Shown one piece after another: positions 20,218 through 31,431 of a stretch of 64,000 nt of DNA (its first letter is position 1; every line of letters starts with the position of its first letter). Both the position numbers and the translations under genes were made by a program. The stretch comes from an uncultured Chloroflexia bacterium (lineage in GTDB: Bacteria; Chloroflexota; Anaerolineae; CG2-30-64-16): the NCBI GenBank assembly GCA_963774265.1, contig CAVZDU010000001.1, forward strand, positions 1,056,001-1,120,000, in the 5' to 3' direction. The notes below the pieces were generated by a model that worked only from the letters and a program-made list of their open reading frames with translations, was not told the DNA's origin and ran no database searches.

Positions 20218-20295
20218 CAAGACCTTCAAGGTTTGCCACACTTGCGCCGCACGGAGCGCAGCGCAGTGCAGTGCAGATGAACCTCGAAGGTCTTG
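20218..20295. repeat. REP-like inverted repeat between convergent genes, with a nested GCAGT-type repeat
   Basis: Arms caagaccttcaaggtt / aacctcgaaggtcttg pair at 15 of 16 positions; inner gcgca gcgca gtgca gtgca. Confidence 0.7.
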
Positions 20296-20301
20296 CGCGG
20301 T

Positions 20302-21592
20302 TCAGATCACGAGCCGCATCGGCTCTTCGAGCGCCGTTTTCAGCGCCTGCATGAACTGGGCGGCCTCGGCGCCGTCGGTCACGCGGTGATCGGCCGAGAT
20401 GGTCGCCTTCATCCGCGTGCCCACCGCCAACTGGCCGCTCGGCGTTCACCACCGGCACCTGCTTGCACCGCGCCCACCGCCAGGATCGCGGCCTGCGGCG
20501 GGTTGATGATGGCGATGAAGTCGTCCACGTCGAACATGCCCAGGTTGCTGATGGTGAACGTGCCGCCCACCATCTCGTCGGGCTTCATCCGGCCCTCGCG
20601 CGCCCGGGCCACCAGCTCACGCGCGTCCCGTGGCAATCTGCGCCAGCGGCTTCTTGTCGCAGTCGCGGATGACGGCGGTCACCAGGCCGTTCTCGCGCGC
20701 CACGGCGATGCCGATGTTGACCTGGTCGTGGACGTGGATCTCGTCTGCCGGCGAACGACAGCGTTGATGTTCGGGAACTGGCGCAGCGCCAGCGCCGCGG
20801 CCTTGATGATCAGGTCGTTGACCGAGATCTTCTCGGCCTCGGGCAGCAGGCGCGTTGAGCTGCGCGCGCAGCGCCATCGCCGCGGCCATGTCGATGTCCA
20901 TCGTGACGTAGAAGTGCGGCGCCTGCTGCTTGCTTTCGACCATGCGCCGGGCGATGGTCTGGCGCATGCCCGATAGCGGCTCAACGCGGTAGCCCTCCAC
21001 GTCGGCTCGTACGACGGGATGGGCATGGGCGGCGCGCAGGCGGTGCTGCTTTCGGGCGCCTTGGCGCTGCTCCTGCACATAGGCCTCGATGTCGCGCTTG
21101 ATGATGCGGCCCGTCCGGCCCGCTGCCTGCCACCTGGTGCAGGTCGATGCCCAGCTCGGCCGCCATGCGCAGCGCGACCGGCGAGGCCAGCCAGCCGTCC
21201 CTCTTCTGCCGCAGAGCACCTCGGATGGCTCGAGCCGGCTGCGGAGCTTCTGGCACCTTCGCCGCAGCCTTCGTGCTCTCTGCGGCCTCTGCGGCTCTTC
21301 GGGCCGCAGCCTTGGCCGTCACGCCCAGCGCCGCCAGGTCGACCTGTCTCGCCTGCCTCGCCGATCACCGCGATCGGCGTGCCGATCGGCACGCTCTCGC
21401 CCGCTTGCACCAGGATCTCGAGCAGCACGCCGGCGCGAAACGCGGGCACCTCGACGCTGGCCTTGTCGGTCTCGACAACAGCGATCGTCTCGCCTTGGGC
21501 GACGGCCTCGCCGGCCTTCTTCAACCCACTCGCTCAGCTTGCCCTTCGGCCATGTCAAAGCCCAGTTTGGGCATGGTAATGAGTTCAGCCAC
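20302..21592 (-). CDS. pdhC: Pyruvate dehydrogenase E2 dihydrolipoamide acetyltransferase (several frameshifts)
   Basis: MPKLG, lipoyl ETDKA, E3-binding ASP.A...[24 protein letters not shown] pieced across frames. Confidence 0.85.
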
Positions 21593-21608
21593 CGGATATC
21601 CTCCTCGC

Positions 21609-22595
21609 CTACTTCAAGATACATCACATCCTTGACGGCGTTGATAATATCCGGCGACCTGGGGCAGCGCCATCTGTTCCAGGCGGCGGTTGTAGGGCAG
21701 CGGCACCTCGGCCTGGGCCACGCGGCGCACCGGCGCATCCAGGTAGTCGAAGGCCAGCTCGGTCACCCGGCTGGCGATCTCCGCGCCGATGCCGTACGCG
21801 CGCCAGCCCTCTTCCACCACGACCATGCGGTTGGTCTTCTTGACCGACTCGACGATCGGCCGGGTGTCCAGCGGGCGCAGCGTGCGCAGGTCGATCACCT
21901 CGGCCTCGATGCCTTCGTCCGCCAGCTTGTCTGCGGCTTCCAGCGAAAGCTGCAGCATCTTGGAGTAGGAGACGATGGTAACGTCCTTGCCCTCGCGCTT
22001 GACGTCGGAGACGCCGATGGGCACCAGGAAGTCCTCGTCGTCCGGCACCTCGCCCTTCGCCTGGTACAGCGTGGCGTGCTCGATGAAGAAGCACCGGGTC
22101 ATCGTCGCGGATGGCCGACTTGAGCAGGCCCTTGGCGTCGGCCGGCGTGCCGGGCGCGACGACCTTCAGGCCGGGGAAGTGGGCGAAGATCACGTCCGGC
22201 GTCTGCGAGTGGGTCGCGCCCAGTTGCCGGCCGCCGCCGCCCACGGTGCGGATCACGAGCGGCACCCTGATCTGGCCGTTGAACATGTAGTGCAGCTTGG
22301 CGACGTGGTTGACGATCTGGTCCATCGCCAGAAAGGCGAAGTTGATCGTCATCATCTCGGCCACGGGCCGCAGCCCCGCGATGGCCGCGCCGGCCGCCGC
22401 GCCGACGATGACACCTTCGGCGATCGGGGTATCGCGCACGCGCTTCTCGCCGAACTCGTCGAGGAAACCGCGGGTGACGGCATAGGTGCCGCCCCACTTG
22501 CCGATTTCCTCGCCCATGATGAACACCCGCTCGTCGCGGTACATTTCTTCGCGCAGGGCCTGGCTGATCGCCTCACGAACTGTCATGCGTGTCAT
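21609..22595 (-). CDS. pdhB: Pyruvate dehydrogenase E1 beta (frameshift near 22100)
   Basis: DTPIAE, HSQ, EVIDLRTLRPLD. Confidence 0.9.
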
Positions 22596-23599
22596 ATGCT
22601 GCTACCCCTCACCTGATGACTCCCGATTGGGTTGACGTAGACGTGCTCCCACAGCGCCGCGTCGTCGGCTCCGGGCTTTCCTCGGCGAACTTGACGATCT
22701 CCACCAGCTCCTCCTCCACGGCCTTTGCGATCGCGTCGAGCGTCGCTTGTCCGTGCCATATGCCCTTCTCGGTCATCTAGCTCGGCCAGGCGCAGGATCG
22801 GATCGCGCGCGCGCCATTCGTCGATCTCGGCCTTGCTGCGATAGCGCTCGGGATCGCCCATCGAGTGGCCGACGTAGCGGTAGGTCAGCGCTTCCAGCAG
22901 CACCGGGCCTTCCTCGCGCGCCAGGTCCAGCGCCTCGCCGATGACCTCGTAGCGTCTCGAACACGTCCTGGCCGTTGATCTGGCGGTGCGCAATGTCGTA
23001 GGCGCAGCCCTTCTCGTAGATGTTCGGACACCGCCGACGCCTTGCCGACCTCGGTGCCCATGCCGTACTGGTTGTTCTCCACCAGGAAGACCACCGGCAG
23101 CTTCCAGACGGCCGCCAGGTTGATGGACTCGTGGAAGTAGCCGATGTTGGTGGTGCCTTCGCCCAGCACGCACAGCACCGCGTCGGGCTTCTCGTTGTAG
23201 CGGATCGTCAATGCCCACGCCGGTCGCCAGCGGCAGATGCCCGCCGACGATGGCATGGCCGCCCCAGTAGCGATGCTCGGCGCTGGCCAGGTGCATCGAG
23301 CCGCCCTTGCCGCCGCTGACGCCGGTGGCCTTGCCCAGCAGCTCCGCCATGACGCGCTTGGGGTCCAAGCCCACGCGCGATGGCCCAGCCGTGATCGCGA
23401 TACGCGGTGAACAGGTGATCGGTCGGGCGCAGCGCCTTGCAGCCGCCGACGGCGATCGCTTCTTCGCCGATGTACAGGTGCAGGAAGCCGCCGATCTTGC
23501 CCTCGGCGTACAGCTCCGCTGCCTTCTCCTCGAATCGCCGGATCAGCACCATCTGGCGGTAGAGTTCGAGCAGCTCGTCCGTGATAACTCTTTGGCCAC
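22592..23599 (-). CDS. pdhA: Pyruvate dehydrogenase E1 alpha (several frameshifts)
   Basis: GKIGGFLHLYIGEEA, YRDHG, GKGGSMH, GEG..N TPP motif, TYRYVGHSMGDP. Confidence 0.9.
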
Positions 23600-23769
23600 C
23601 GATGACCCTCCTTGCTTGGAACGATGTTCTTACAAACGCGCGCACTGATGCCGCAATCATGGGGCACAGATGGCGCCCTCGTTGTATCCGCGCCATGCGA
23701 TGGCACCATATTAGGCGCTGCAAAGCGTTCTGGCTGTTGGCAGCCATACGATGAAGTCAACCGTTGGGG

Positions 23770-24639
23770 CTACAGCAAATCTGCCATCAGTCGCATCGGC
23801 GCCACCGCCGCGCCGACAACACCTGGCCCCGTGTGTACGCCCAGCACGGGCGAAACGCGCAGCGTCTCCAGTCGAGCCACATTGAGCCGCTCCTGAATCT
23901 CGCGCGTAAGCGCCTCGGCCTGATCCGCGACCTTGCCGTGCATGATGGTGACCCAGAGCGGTGCATCAGCGTAGACGTGGTGCAACTGATTCGCGATGTT
24001 GTGCAGGGCGCGCGGCAGCGAGCGGCTGCGGCCGATGTTGTTGTATTTGCCGTCTTGATGGTCCACACTGATGACCGGCTTAAGGTTGAGCAGCGTGCCG
24101 GCCAGTGCCTGGACGCGACCGATCCGGCCGCCTTTGGCAAGGTATTCGAGCGTTTCGAGGGTGAAAATGACCTCGGTCTGGGCACGGAGTTCCTTCAGGC
24201 GCTCCTGGATTGCTTCCAACGTCCAGCCGGCGCGCAGTGCAAGTGCCGCGGCCAGAACCTGGTACCGTTCGCCCCCGGAGAGGGTCAGTGTGTCCCAAAG
24301 CGTGACTTTGGCCTGATCCGCCACATAATCGATGCCACCCCGGGCTGCCTCGATCGTGCCGCTCAATCCAGACGAGATATGGATGGAGAGGATGTCCTTG
24401 TCCTCCTCGGCCAGTTTTCGATAGATTTCAGCGAAGATGCCGGGGGAGGGCTGAGCTGTGCTTGGGATTGCGGGGTACATGGCTTTCAACCGGTCGTAGA
24501 ACTCATCGGGGGTGAGGTGGGTCGCGTTGGCCTCTCCCTCCGGAAACTGGATGAACAGGGGCGCCTGGGTGATGCCCAGGCTCTTCAATTCGGCAACCGG
24601 CATGTCGGCCGCGCAATCCGTGACTATCTTCATGACCAT
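23770..24639 (-). CDS. DegV-family fatty-acid-binding protein
   Basis: MKIVTD, TAQPSPG, ISSGLSGT, LAKGGRI, LGVHTGPG. Confidence 0.92.
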   Translation of the reverse strand: MVMKIVTDCAADMPVAELKSLGITQAPLFIQFPEGEANATHLTPDEFYDRLKAMYPAIPSTAQPSPGIFAEIYRKLAEEDKDILSIHISSGLSGTIEAARGGIDYVADQAKVTLWDTLTLSGGERYQVLAAALALRAGWTLEAIQERLKELRAQTEVIFTLETLEYLAKGGRIGRVQALAGTLLNLKPVISVDHQDGKYNNIGRSRSLPRALHNIANQLHHVYADAPLWVTIMHGKVADQAEALTREIQERLNVARLETLRVSPVLGVHTGPGVVGAAVAPMRLMADLL

Positions 24640-24880
24640 CTTCCCTTCGTGCATCAGTCGGTTCTCAGTGACCTGCGGATATTCTATCACATTCGTCAGT
24701 GTGCAACGAGTTGGGTTCACCAGCATATACCTGACGCGCAGACAGGAAAATGGGGGACGGTGTGCGAGTATCGTCCCGGTGAACAGCCTCGCGCGGGGCG
24801 CGGTTCGGCGGCCGTCTGAGCCAGCATCTCGACGCACACTGCTTTGAGTGACGCCAGCTACCGCGCAGGAGGATGCAGCG

Positions 24881-25084
24881 ATGGCCACCATGCGCCGTAA
24901 AAGCGTCCGCAAAATCCGCTCCGACCGCGGGGCGCCGGCCTGGATCACGGCGCCCGAAACCACCCGCTACTGGCGCTGCCGCCGCAAGGCCGCAGCCAGC
25001 AGCCTCATGCTGCTTTTTCCGCGTGGGGAGATCTCCCTGTGCGAGACATGCGGCCTGCAGTTCTGTGGATCGGATCCCATATAG
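24881..25084 (+). CDS. Small basic hypothetical protein (67 aa) with CxxC
   Basis: AGGAGG SD 8 nt upstream; downstream hairpin at 25100-25135. Confidence 0.35.
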   Translation: MATMRRKSVRKIRSDRGAPAWITAPETTRYWRCRRKAAASSLMLLFPRGEISLCETCGLQFCGSDPI

Positions 25085-25186
25085 GGGGACAGAACACAAC
25101 AGAACGGCCACGGCATTTGTGCCGCGACCGTTCTGCGCTAGTGGGACCTCTCGCGGAAACCGGGTGACGCACCGGCAACCTTATGG

Positions 25187-25480
25187 CTATGGCAGCCGTT
25201 TCGCGATCCCTGCGAACTCCTCCAGCGTGAAAGCCTTGAGCGTGGTGGTCTTGACATTTCCCAGCGAGCCCAGGCTTAGCAGGAAGACGGCCATATTCTC
25301 GTCAGTGGGACCTTCGATAACGGCCACGTAGTCGTATTCACCCATGGTCAGATAGAAGCCAAGGACCTTACCGCCCAGTGCCTCACCTGCCTTGAAGGCG
25401 GCTTCGACACGCGCCGGGGCGTCCTTGATGGTCTTGGCACCCTGTTCCGTCAGTTTCATGAGCATGATGTAGTGTGACAT
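25187..25480 (-). CDS. GYD-domain protein
   Basis: TEQG...IKD, YLTMGEYD, GNVKTTTLKAF. Confidence 0.88.
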   Translation of the reverse strand: MSHYIMLMKLTEQGAKTIKDAPARVEAAFKAGEALGGKVLGFYLTMGEYDYVAVIEGPTDENMAVFLLSLGSLGNVKTTTLKAFTLEEFAGIAKRLP

Positions 25481-25698
25481 CGAATGTTTCTCCTCTCGGC
25501 ACAGTGCAGGCCAACTGCACCTGGACAGCTTCCGACCGGCGCGTCACCTGGATTCCCCAACAAAGCGACCATACTGGCGAAAGCGATAAGGGACAGCGCG
25601 TGGCAGAAGGCAATGGCCCGCTTCGATGGAGTGCAATCATCATCGCGCTGCAGGCGCGCATTGTCAATGAGAAAAGTTGACAAGGCTGAACTTTCCTA

Positions 25699-25751
25699 TT
25701 GACAAGCCTCCAGAACCGTGATAAGTTATCGATAGTATGTTACGGATAACA
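25699..25751 (+). promoter_or_regulatory. sigma70 promoter and LacI-type operator
   Basis: TTGACA(25699)-N17-TAAGTT with extended TG; inverted repeat TGTTA-CGGA-TAACA at 25738-25751 just downstream. Confidence 0.7.
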
Positions 25752-25816
25752 CATCCGGCACCTTTCATCATCTGACCCAGCCTCATCTGCCCTTGTTACA
25801 TCGGGGTGAATCAGCG

Positions 25817-26830
25817 ATGAGCACAATCCGCGACGTCGCCGAGCGGGCGGGCGTTTCAACCATGACCGTCTCTCGCGTCATCAACCACTCTGGCTACACC
25901 AGCCAGGAGACGCGCTTGCGCGTCGAAGCGGCCATCGCCGAGATCGGTTACATCCCCAACACACTGGCGCGCAGCCTCCGGTTCAAGAAGACGAAGATGC
26001 TTGCGCTCATCCTGACCGATATTACCAACCCCTTCTTTACGACCCTGGCCCGCGGCGTCGAGGACGCCGCCAGCGCCCAGGGTTTCAACGTGATCTTCTG
26101 CAACACCGATGAGTCCGAATCTGAACAGGCCGAACACCTGACCGCCCTGGTGCAGAAACAGGTGGACGGTGTGCTGTTGGTGCCCGCGGCGAGCTCAGCC
26201 GAGCCGGTAGCGTTCCTGCGTGATCAGAAGGTGCCCGTGGTGGTGCTGGACCGGCGTGTGCCTGACTGTTCGGTGGACTCGGTGCGCTGTGATTCCGAGG
26301 CGGGCGCCTACGAGCTGGTCCGGCTGCTGATCCGACTGGGGCACCGGCGGATTGCACTACTCGCTGGCCCGGAGAATGTCTCGACCGCACAAGAACGCGT
26401 GGCAGGCTGCCGCCGCGCGCTCGCTGAGGCAGGGCTGACACTTGACACCGCGCTGATCTTCCACGACGCATATTCACATGCCGGAGGGCAGCGGATGGCG
26501 CAGCGCATGCTGGCGCTCCAACCCAGGCCCACCGCCGTATTCGCCGCAAATAACTTCATCGCCATGGGCGCGTATGGTGCGCTGACAGATGCCGGGCTGC
26601 GCGTGCCGCAGGATGTGGCTATGGTGGCCTTTGATGATTGGCCGCCGGGGATGGTGGTGGACCCATTTTTCACTGTGGTGTCACAGCCAGCTTACGAAAT
26701 GGGCTACAAGGCCACGGAACGACTGCTATCTCGTTTGTCCGGCGAAACAACCAACGGTTGTCAGGAGATGGTGCTACCGTTCGACCTGCTCGTGCGGCGG
26801 TCGAGCGGTTCATCCGGCCCGGAGGCATAG
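25817..26830 (+). CDS. LacI-family transcriptional regulator
   Basis: TIRDVAERAGVSTMTVSRVIN HTH, YIPN..ARSL, periplasmic-binding-protein-like domain. Confidence 0.95.
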   Translation: MSTIRDVAERAGVSTMTVSRVINHSGYTSQETRLRVEAAIAEIGYIPNTLARSLRFKKTKMLALILTDITNPFFTTLARGVEDAASAQGFNVIFCNTDESESEQAEHLTALVQKQVDGVLLVPAASSAEPVAFLRDQKVPVVVLDRRVPDCSVDSVRCDSEAGAYELVRLLIRLGHRRIALLAGPENVSTAQERVAGCRRALAEAGLTLDTALIFHDAYSHAGGQRMAQRMLALQPRPTAVFAANNFIAMGAYGALTDAGLRVPQDVAMVAFDDWPPGMVVDPFFTVVSQPAYEMGYKATERLLSRLSGETTNGCQEMVLPFDLLVRRSSGSSGPEA

Positions 26831-26834
26831 TCGA

Positions 26835-27909
26835 ATGCAGATTCAAACTTCCGACTACGACAGATCGGACGTCAACCGTCTGCTCACTGCGCTCAACCAC
26901 CAGGAGCCAGATCGCGTCCCGCACATCGAGTTGTGGGTCACCAGCCAGGCGGTGTACGAGTATGTGCTGGAGCGCAAGTTGGGTTACACGATCGGCGACG
27001 CGGCCGAAGGCGGGCAGTCTATTACGCCCGAGGATGACGTAGAGTTTGCCCGGCGTCAGGGCGAGGACGCAGTGCTGTGCAACTGTAACTGGCGGCCCAA
27101 CAACGTCTTCCGCCTGGCGGAGGACGGCACCCGGCACTACGTGGACGGCGAGATCAAGACCTGGGCTGACCTGGAGAGTAAGCTCGACCCGCCACCATCA
27201 TTGGACGATCAGCTCCGGCACCTGGAGCGCTATCTCAAAGCAGCGCAGGGCACCGGGGTAGGCGTCATCGCTAACCTGACCTCCTTTTTCGACAGCGCGA
27301 TGCTGGCCATCGGCGTCACCGATTCGCTCTATATGTTCTACGACAACCGGTCGCTGGTCGAGCAAGCTGATGGACATCTTGCTGGCACACCAGGAGAAGG
27401 TGATGCGAGCCGTGATCGATCGCTTCGGCGATGACCTGGCGCTGGTGATGGTGAACGACGATATCGGCTACAACTCCGGCCTGTTGATCAGCCCCAAGAT
27501 GTTCCTGCAGATCTTTCCGCACCGGATGAAGCGGCTGATCGCGCCGGCCAAAGATCACGGTCTCAAAGTGCTGATGCACACAGACGGAAAGCTGGACACC
27601 ATCCTGCCTATCCTCTACGAGGTCGGGATCGACGCCAACCACCCGATCGAGCCCGAGTCAAACGACATCGTCGAGGTGAAGAAGAAGTGGGCCGGCAAGA
27701 TGGCGTTGATCGGCAACGTCCACACGCCGCTGCTGGCTTTTGGGACAAGGGATGAGATCGATGCCAAGGTCAAGGAGGACTGCGAGAAGCTGGCTCCTGG
27801 CGGCGGCTGGGTATGCGGATCATCCACCAGCATCATGGACGGCATCCCGCCCGAGAACTTCGTCGCGATGATCCAGGCGGTGCACAAGTATGGCAGGTAT
27901 GGGGGTTGA
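26835..27909 (+). CDS. UroD/MtaA-CmuA superfamily protein 1 (frameshift at ~27365)
   Basis: EPDRVP N-terminus, NDD.G, LMHTDG, GN, APGGG, PPEN. Confidence 0.8.
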
Positions 27910-28992
27910 TGTGTTCCCTGCAGATGACGTCTCGCGACCGGGTTCTGTCGGCGCTCGCGCACAGAGAGCCGGATCACGTGCCGTGCTGGTTGGGCGCGTC
28001 ACCCGAGTGGAAGGAGATCGCACGCAGCTATCTGGGCTTGCCGGACGACGAGAGCCTGCTGGTCTACCTGGGCGACGACTTCCGCCGCGTTTTTTCCCGC
28101 TATGCCGGTCCGCCGGACACCCATCCCACGGCCAATCTGAGCCACCCTGAGGCGACCTACCGCACGCCGTTCGGCATCGAACGCCACGGTTACGGCTACG
28201 GCATGCCGCTCGACGTGCCGCTGAAGGGCGCCAGGACCGTGGCCGAGGTGCATGCGTATCCTTGGCCGGACCCCGAATGGATCGATGTCAGCCATGTCCG
28301 GGGGGAAGCGCTGCAGTATGACCGGCAGTACGCCATCCTGGGCGGCGAATGGTCGCCGTTCTGGCACGATGCCATCGATCTGCTGGATTTCGATGGGCTG
28401 ATCTACCAGATGTACGATCATCCCGAGGTGGTCGATGCTGTCATGCAGCACACGGCCGACTACTACCTGGCGGTGAGCCGGCGCATCTTCGAAGCGAGCG
28501 GGGACGCCATCGATATCTTCTTCATCGGCAATGATTTCGGCGCGCAGGCCGGGCCGCTGCTTAGCCCGAAGTTCTTCCGCCGCTTCATTCTGCCGCAGCT
28601 TCGAAGCGATTCGTCGACCTGGGACATGAGTTCGGCAAGTTCGTCATCCTGCACTGCGATGGCAGCATCCGGGCATTCCTCCCTGATATGATCGCCATCG
28701 GGCTGGACGGGATGCAGTCGGTGCAGTCGTTCTGCTATGGGATGGGGTTGGCGGGGTTGAAGCACGACTTCGGCCGAGCAGTTCACTTTCATGGGCGGCA
28801 TCGACACTCAAGCGCTCATCGAGGGTACAACGGAACAGGCACGGCAACTAACCCGGAACACCTTGGGGATCATGATGCCGGGCGGCGGCTTCATCGCCTC
28901 GCCCAGCCACGACTACCTGCTTGCCGGAGACACCGGTTGAAAACGTCATCGTCATGTATGAGACCATCAAGGAATATGGTGCATACCGATGA
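27909..28992 (+). CDS. UroD/MtaA-CmuA superfamily protein 2 (several frameshifts)
   Basis: MTSRDRV...EPDHVP, YPWPDP, GNDFG, LHCDG, GGID, PGGGFIASPSH. Confidence 0.78.
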
Positions 28993-29032
28993 CTTTGGCT
29001 TTGAATCTCTCTCTTATCCTGACGGAGGAACC

Positions 29033-29357
29033 ATGCAACGCTTCGGTCAACTGATCGGCGTCAAGCCGGAGAAGCTGGAAGAGTACAAGCGGTATCACGC
29101 GGCAGTCTGGCCCGGGGTGCTTGCACATGATCACTGAGTGCAACATCCGCAACTACTCGATCTTCGAGAAGGACAATCTGCTCTTCGCCTACTTCGAATA
29201 CGTCGGCGATGATTTCGCGGCCGATATGGCGAAGATGGCCGCCGATCCCGAGACGCAGCGGTGGTGGGACATCCAGATGCCGATGCAGCAGCCGATCCCG
29301 ACCCGCGCCGAAGGCGAGTGGTGGGCGACGATGGAAGAGGTCTTTCACAACGACTGA
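29033..29357 (+). CDS. rhaM: L-rhamnose mutarotase family protein (frameshift at ~29123)
   Basis: EEYKRYH..VWP, NIRNYSIF, LFAYFEY, WW, MEEVFH. Confidence 0.82.
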
Positions 29358-29418
29358 CGACGGGCGGAAACGGATGCGATGACCTCCTCAACGGAATCGT
29401 CCACGAAGGAGCAACACT

Positions 29419-30602
29419 ATGGAACGCACACCCAACTGCCTGGCCAAGCTCGACCGCATGAACAAGACGCTGCGCCACGAGGAAGCCGACCGGGTCCCGC
29501 TTGCCGATTTCTTCTGGGGCAGCTTCCTGGAACGCTGGCGGAACGAGAAGGGACTGCCGTCCGGCACCGACATCTACAAATACTACGACCTGGACTGGAT
29601 CGTCACCATCCCCAACATGGACCCACACATCAAGCCGTTCGAGGTCCTGAAGGAGAATGACGAAGAGGTCGTCGTGCGCACCGGCTTCGAGGCGATCATC
29701 CGCAAGAAGTTCGCCGACCCGATGCCAGAATGGCTCGGCTTTGACACCGACACGATCGAAAAGGCCGAAGCCTACGAGTTCGAGGACCCCTGGGATGAGC
29801 GCCGCTACTTCAGCGCCGGCGACAACCAGATCGCCGGCGTGGGCGACGGCTTCGCCCGCAACTCGCCCGGCCTGGGTCGAGACGATCAAGATCCCTGCAC
29901 CCCGATTTCCCGGTCTATGGCAGCGTGTGCGAGGCCAACGAGTATATGCAGCGCATCATCGGCCCGGAGAATCTGTTCATGTGGGTGGGGCTCTACCCGG
30001 AGCAGATGGGGCGCTTCATCGAGCGCACCAATGCTTTTGCCCTGGAGATCCTGAAGGCCCAGATCAAGGCGGCAGATGGGCTGCTCGATGGCATCGTCAT
30101 CTGGGGCGATATCGCCTACAAGAAAGACCTGTTCTTCTCGCCCAAGTTCTGGCGCAAGTGGTACAAGCCGGGCCTCAAGGCGCTGGTCGATGAGGCGCAC
30201 GCGCCACGGCCTGCCGGTGATCTACCACGGCTGCGGCAACGTCAAGCGCGTCTTCGAGGACTTTATCGAGGTCGGCGTGGACGCGTACAACCCGCTGGAA
30301 GCCAAAGCCGGCATGGACGTGGTCGAGCTGCGGCGCCAGTACGGCCACCGCATGGCCTTCTGCGGCAACATGGACGTGCTCACCTGGGCCACCGGCACGC
30401 ATGGACGAGCTGAAGACCATGGTGCTGACCAAGCTCAACGCGGCCAAGGGCGGCGGCTACATCGTCCAATCCGATCACTCGGTGCCCAGCAACGTCACGG
30501 CCGAGCGCTACGAGTTCGTCGTGAACCTGGTGCGCGAGTACGGGAAGTATCCGCTGCAAGTTGGGCGAGTATGATCTGCCGGACGTGAAGTGCAACGACT
30601 GA
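29419..30602 (+). CDS. UroD/MtaA-CmuA superfamily protein 3 (several frameshifts)
   Basis: HEEADRVP, WGD, YHGCG, YNPLE.KAGMD, GN.D, GGGYIVQSDHSVP. Confidence 0.78.
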
Positions 30603-31420
30603 CAACACCTTCATCTCGCCCAGGCACCATGAACTCAACACCCTGCCCCATCGACTGCGCGGTCGGTGGCCGCTGCCTGGTGCCGTCGGGCTGCATCGAG
30701 TATCACGGCCCACACCTGCCGTTCGGCGTTGACACGCTGATCGTCGAGGAACTCTGCCAACGCGTGGCTGGGCGTGTGGATGCGGTGGTCGCGCCGCCTT
30801 TCTGGTACGGGCCGACCGGTTACGCGGTCAGCGGACCGGAAAGGGGCACGGTGGATGTCTCGACCGAGCGATTCGGCCGTCACGTCAAGGATGTGCTGGC
30901 CAGTTTCTGGGACATCGGTTTCAAGTGGATCATCGTCTGCCAGCACCACCAGCAGCTCGATGGGCCGGAGGCGCTGGCGATCCGCCAGGCCGCGGCCGAG
31001 GTGACCTTCGAGAAAACGCACGCCGAACGCGGACATGCCTGGTGGGGCAAGGCGCCGCTTCCTCTTGGGGACAACGTCTTCGAGCGCATCCAGGTCTGGC
31101 CATCGGTGCTGCCGGCAGCCGCGGAACGGGCCGGTGTCGTGATGGCCGACCACGCCGGGTTCTACGAGACGGCGCTGATTCTGGGGCGCCAGACCGCGAC
31201 CTGGTCGACCTGGGCAGGCTGGGGATGGATGCGCCGTGGTACACCAACACGCCGAGTCCAAGGCACGCAAGGCCACCCGCGAAGCCGGGGTGCGGATGTT
31301 CGACGCCATGGTCGACGCATGGGTCGAAAAGCTGACTGCTATGCTGCGTCCGAAGCGGCCGACGCCGAAAGATGTGACGATCAGCGGGCTTGTTCTAGGA
31401 CGTTTCAGGACAGCGAGTGA
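30590..31420 (+). CDS. Creatininase-family amidohydrolase (ends uncertain, frameshifted)
   Basis: G.IEYHGPHLP.GVD, HH, DHAG.YET metal motifs. Confidence 0.75.
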   Translation: MQRLTTPSSRPGTMNSTPCPIDCAVGGRCLVPSGCIEYHGPHLPFGVDTLIVEELCQRVAGRVDAVVAPPFWYGPTGYAVSGPERGTVDVSTERFGRHVKDVLASFWDIGFKWIIVCQHHQQLDGPEALAIRQAAAEVTFEKTHAERGHAWWGKAPLPLGDNVFERIQVWPSVLPAAAERAGVVMADHAGFYETALILGRQTATWSTWAGWGWMRRGTPTRRVQGTQGHPRSRGADVRRHGRRMGRKADCYAASEAADAERCDDQRACSRTFQDSE

Positions 31421-31431
31421 GGATCGGCAAC

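Noticed and set aside
20302-23599. pdhABC as true pseudogenes or programmed frameshifts
   Set aside because: Indels are many and scattered, motifs are intact and no consistent slippery sites were seen; sequencing error is simpler
24640-24963. N-terminal extension of DegV in the ORF track
   Set aside because: The conserved start MKIVTD and an SD lie near 24639; the extension crosses a divergent intergenic region
25481-25640. Riboswitch in the long leader of the GYD gene
   Set aside because: Only a small gtgcag/ctgcac hairpin was seen; no recognisable aptamer or terminator
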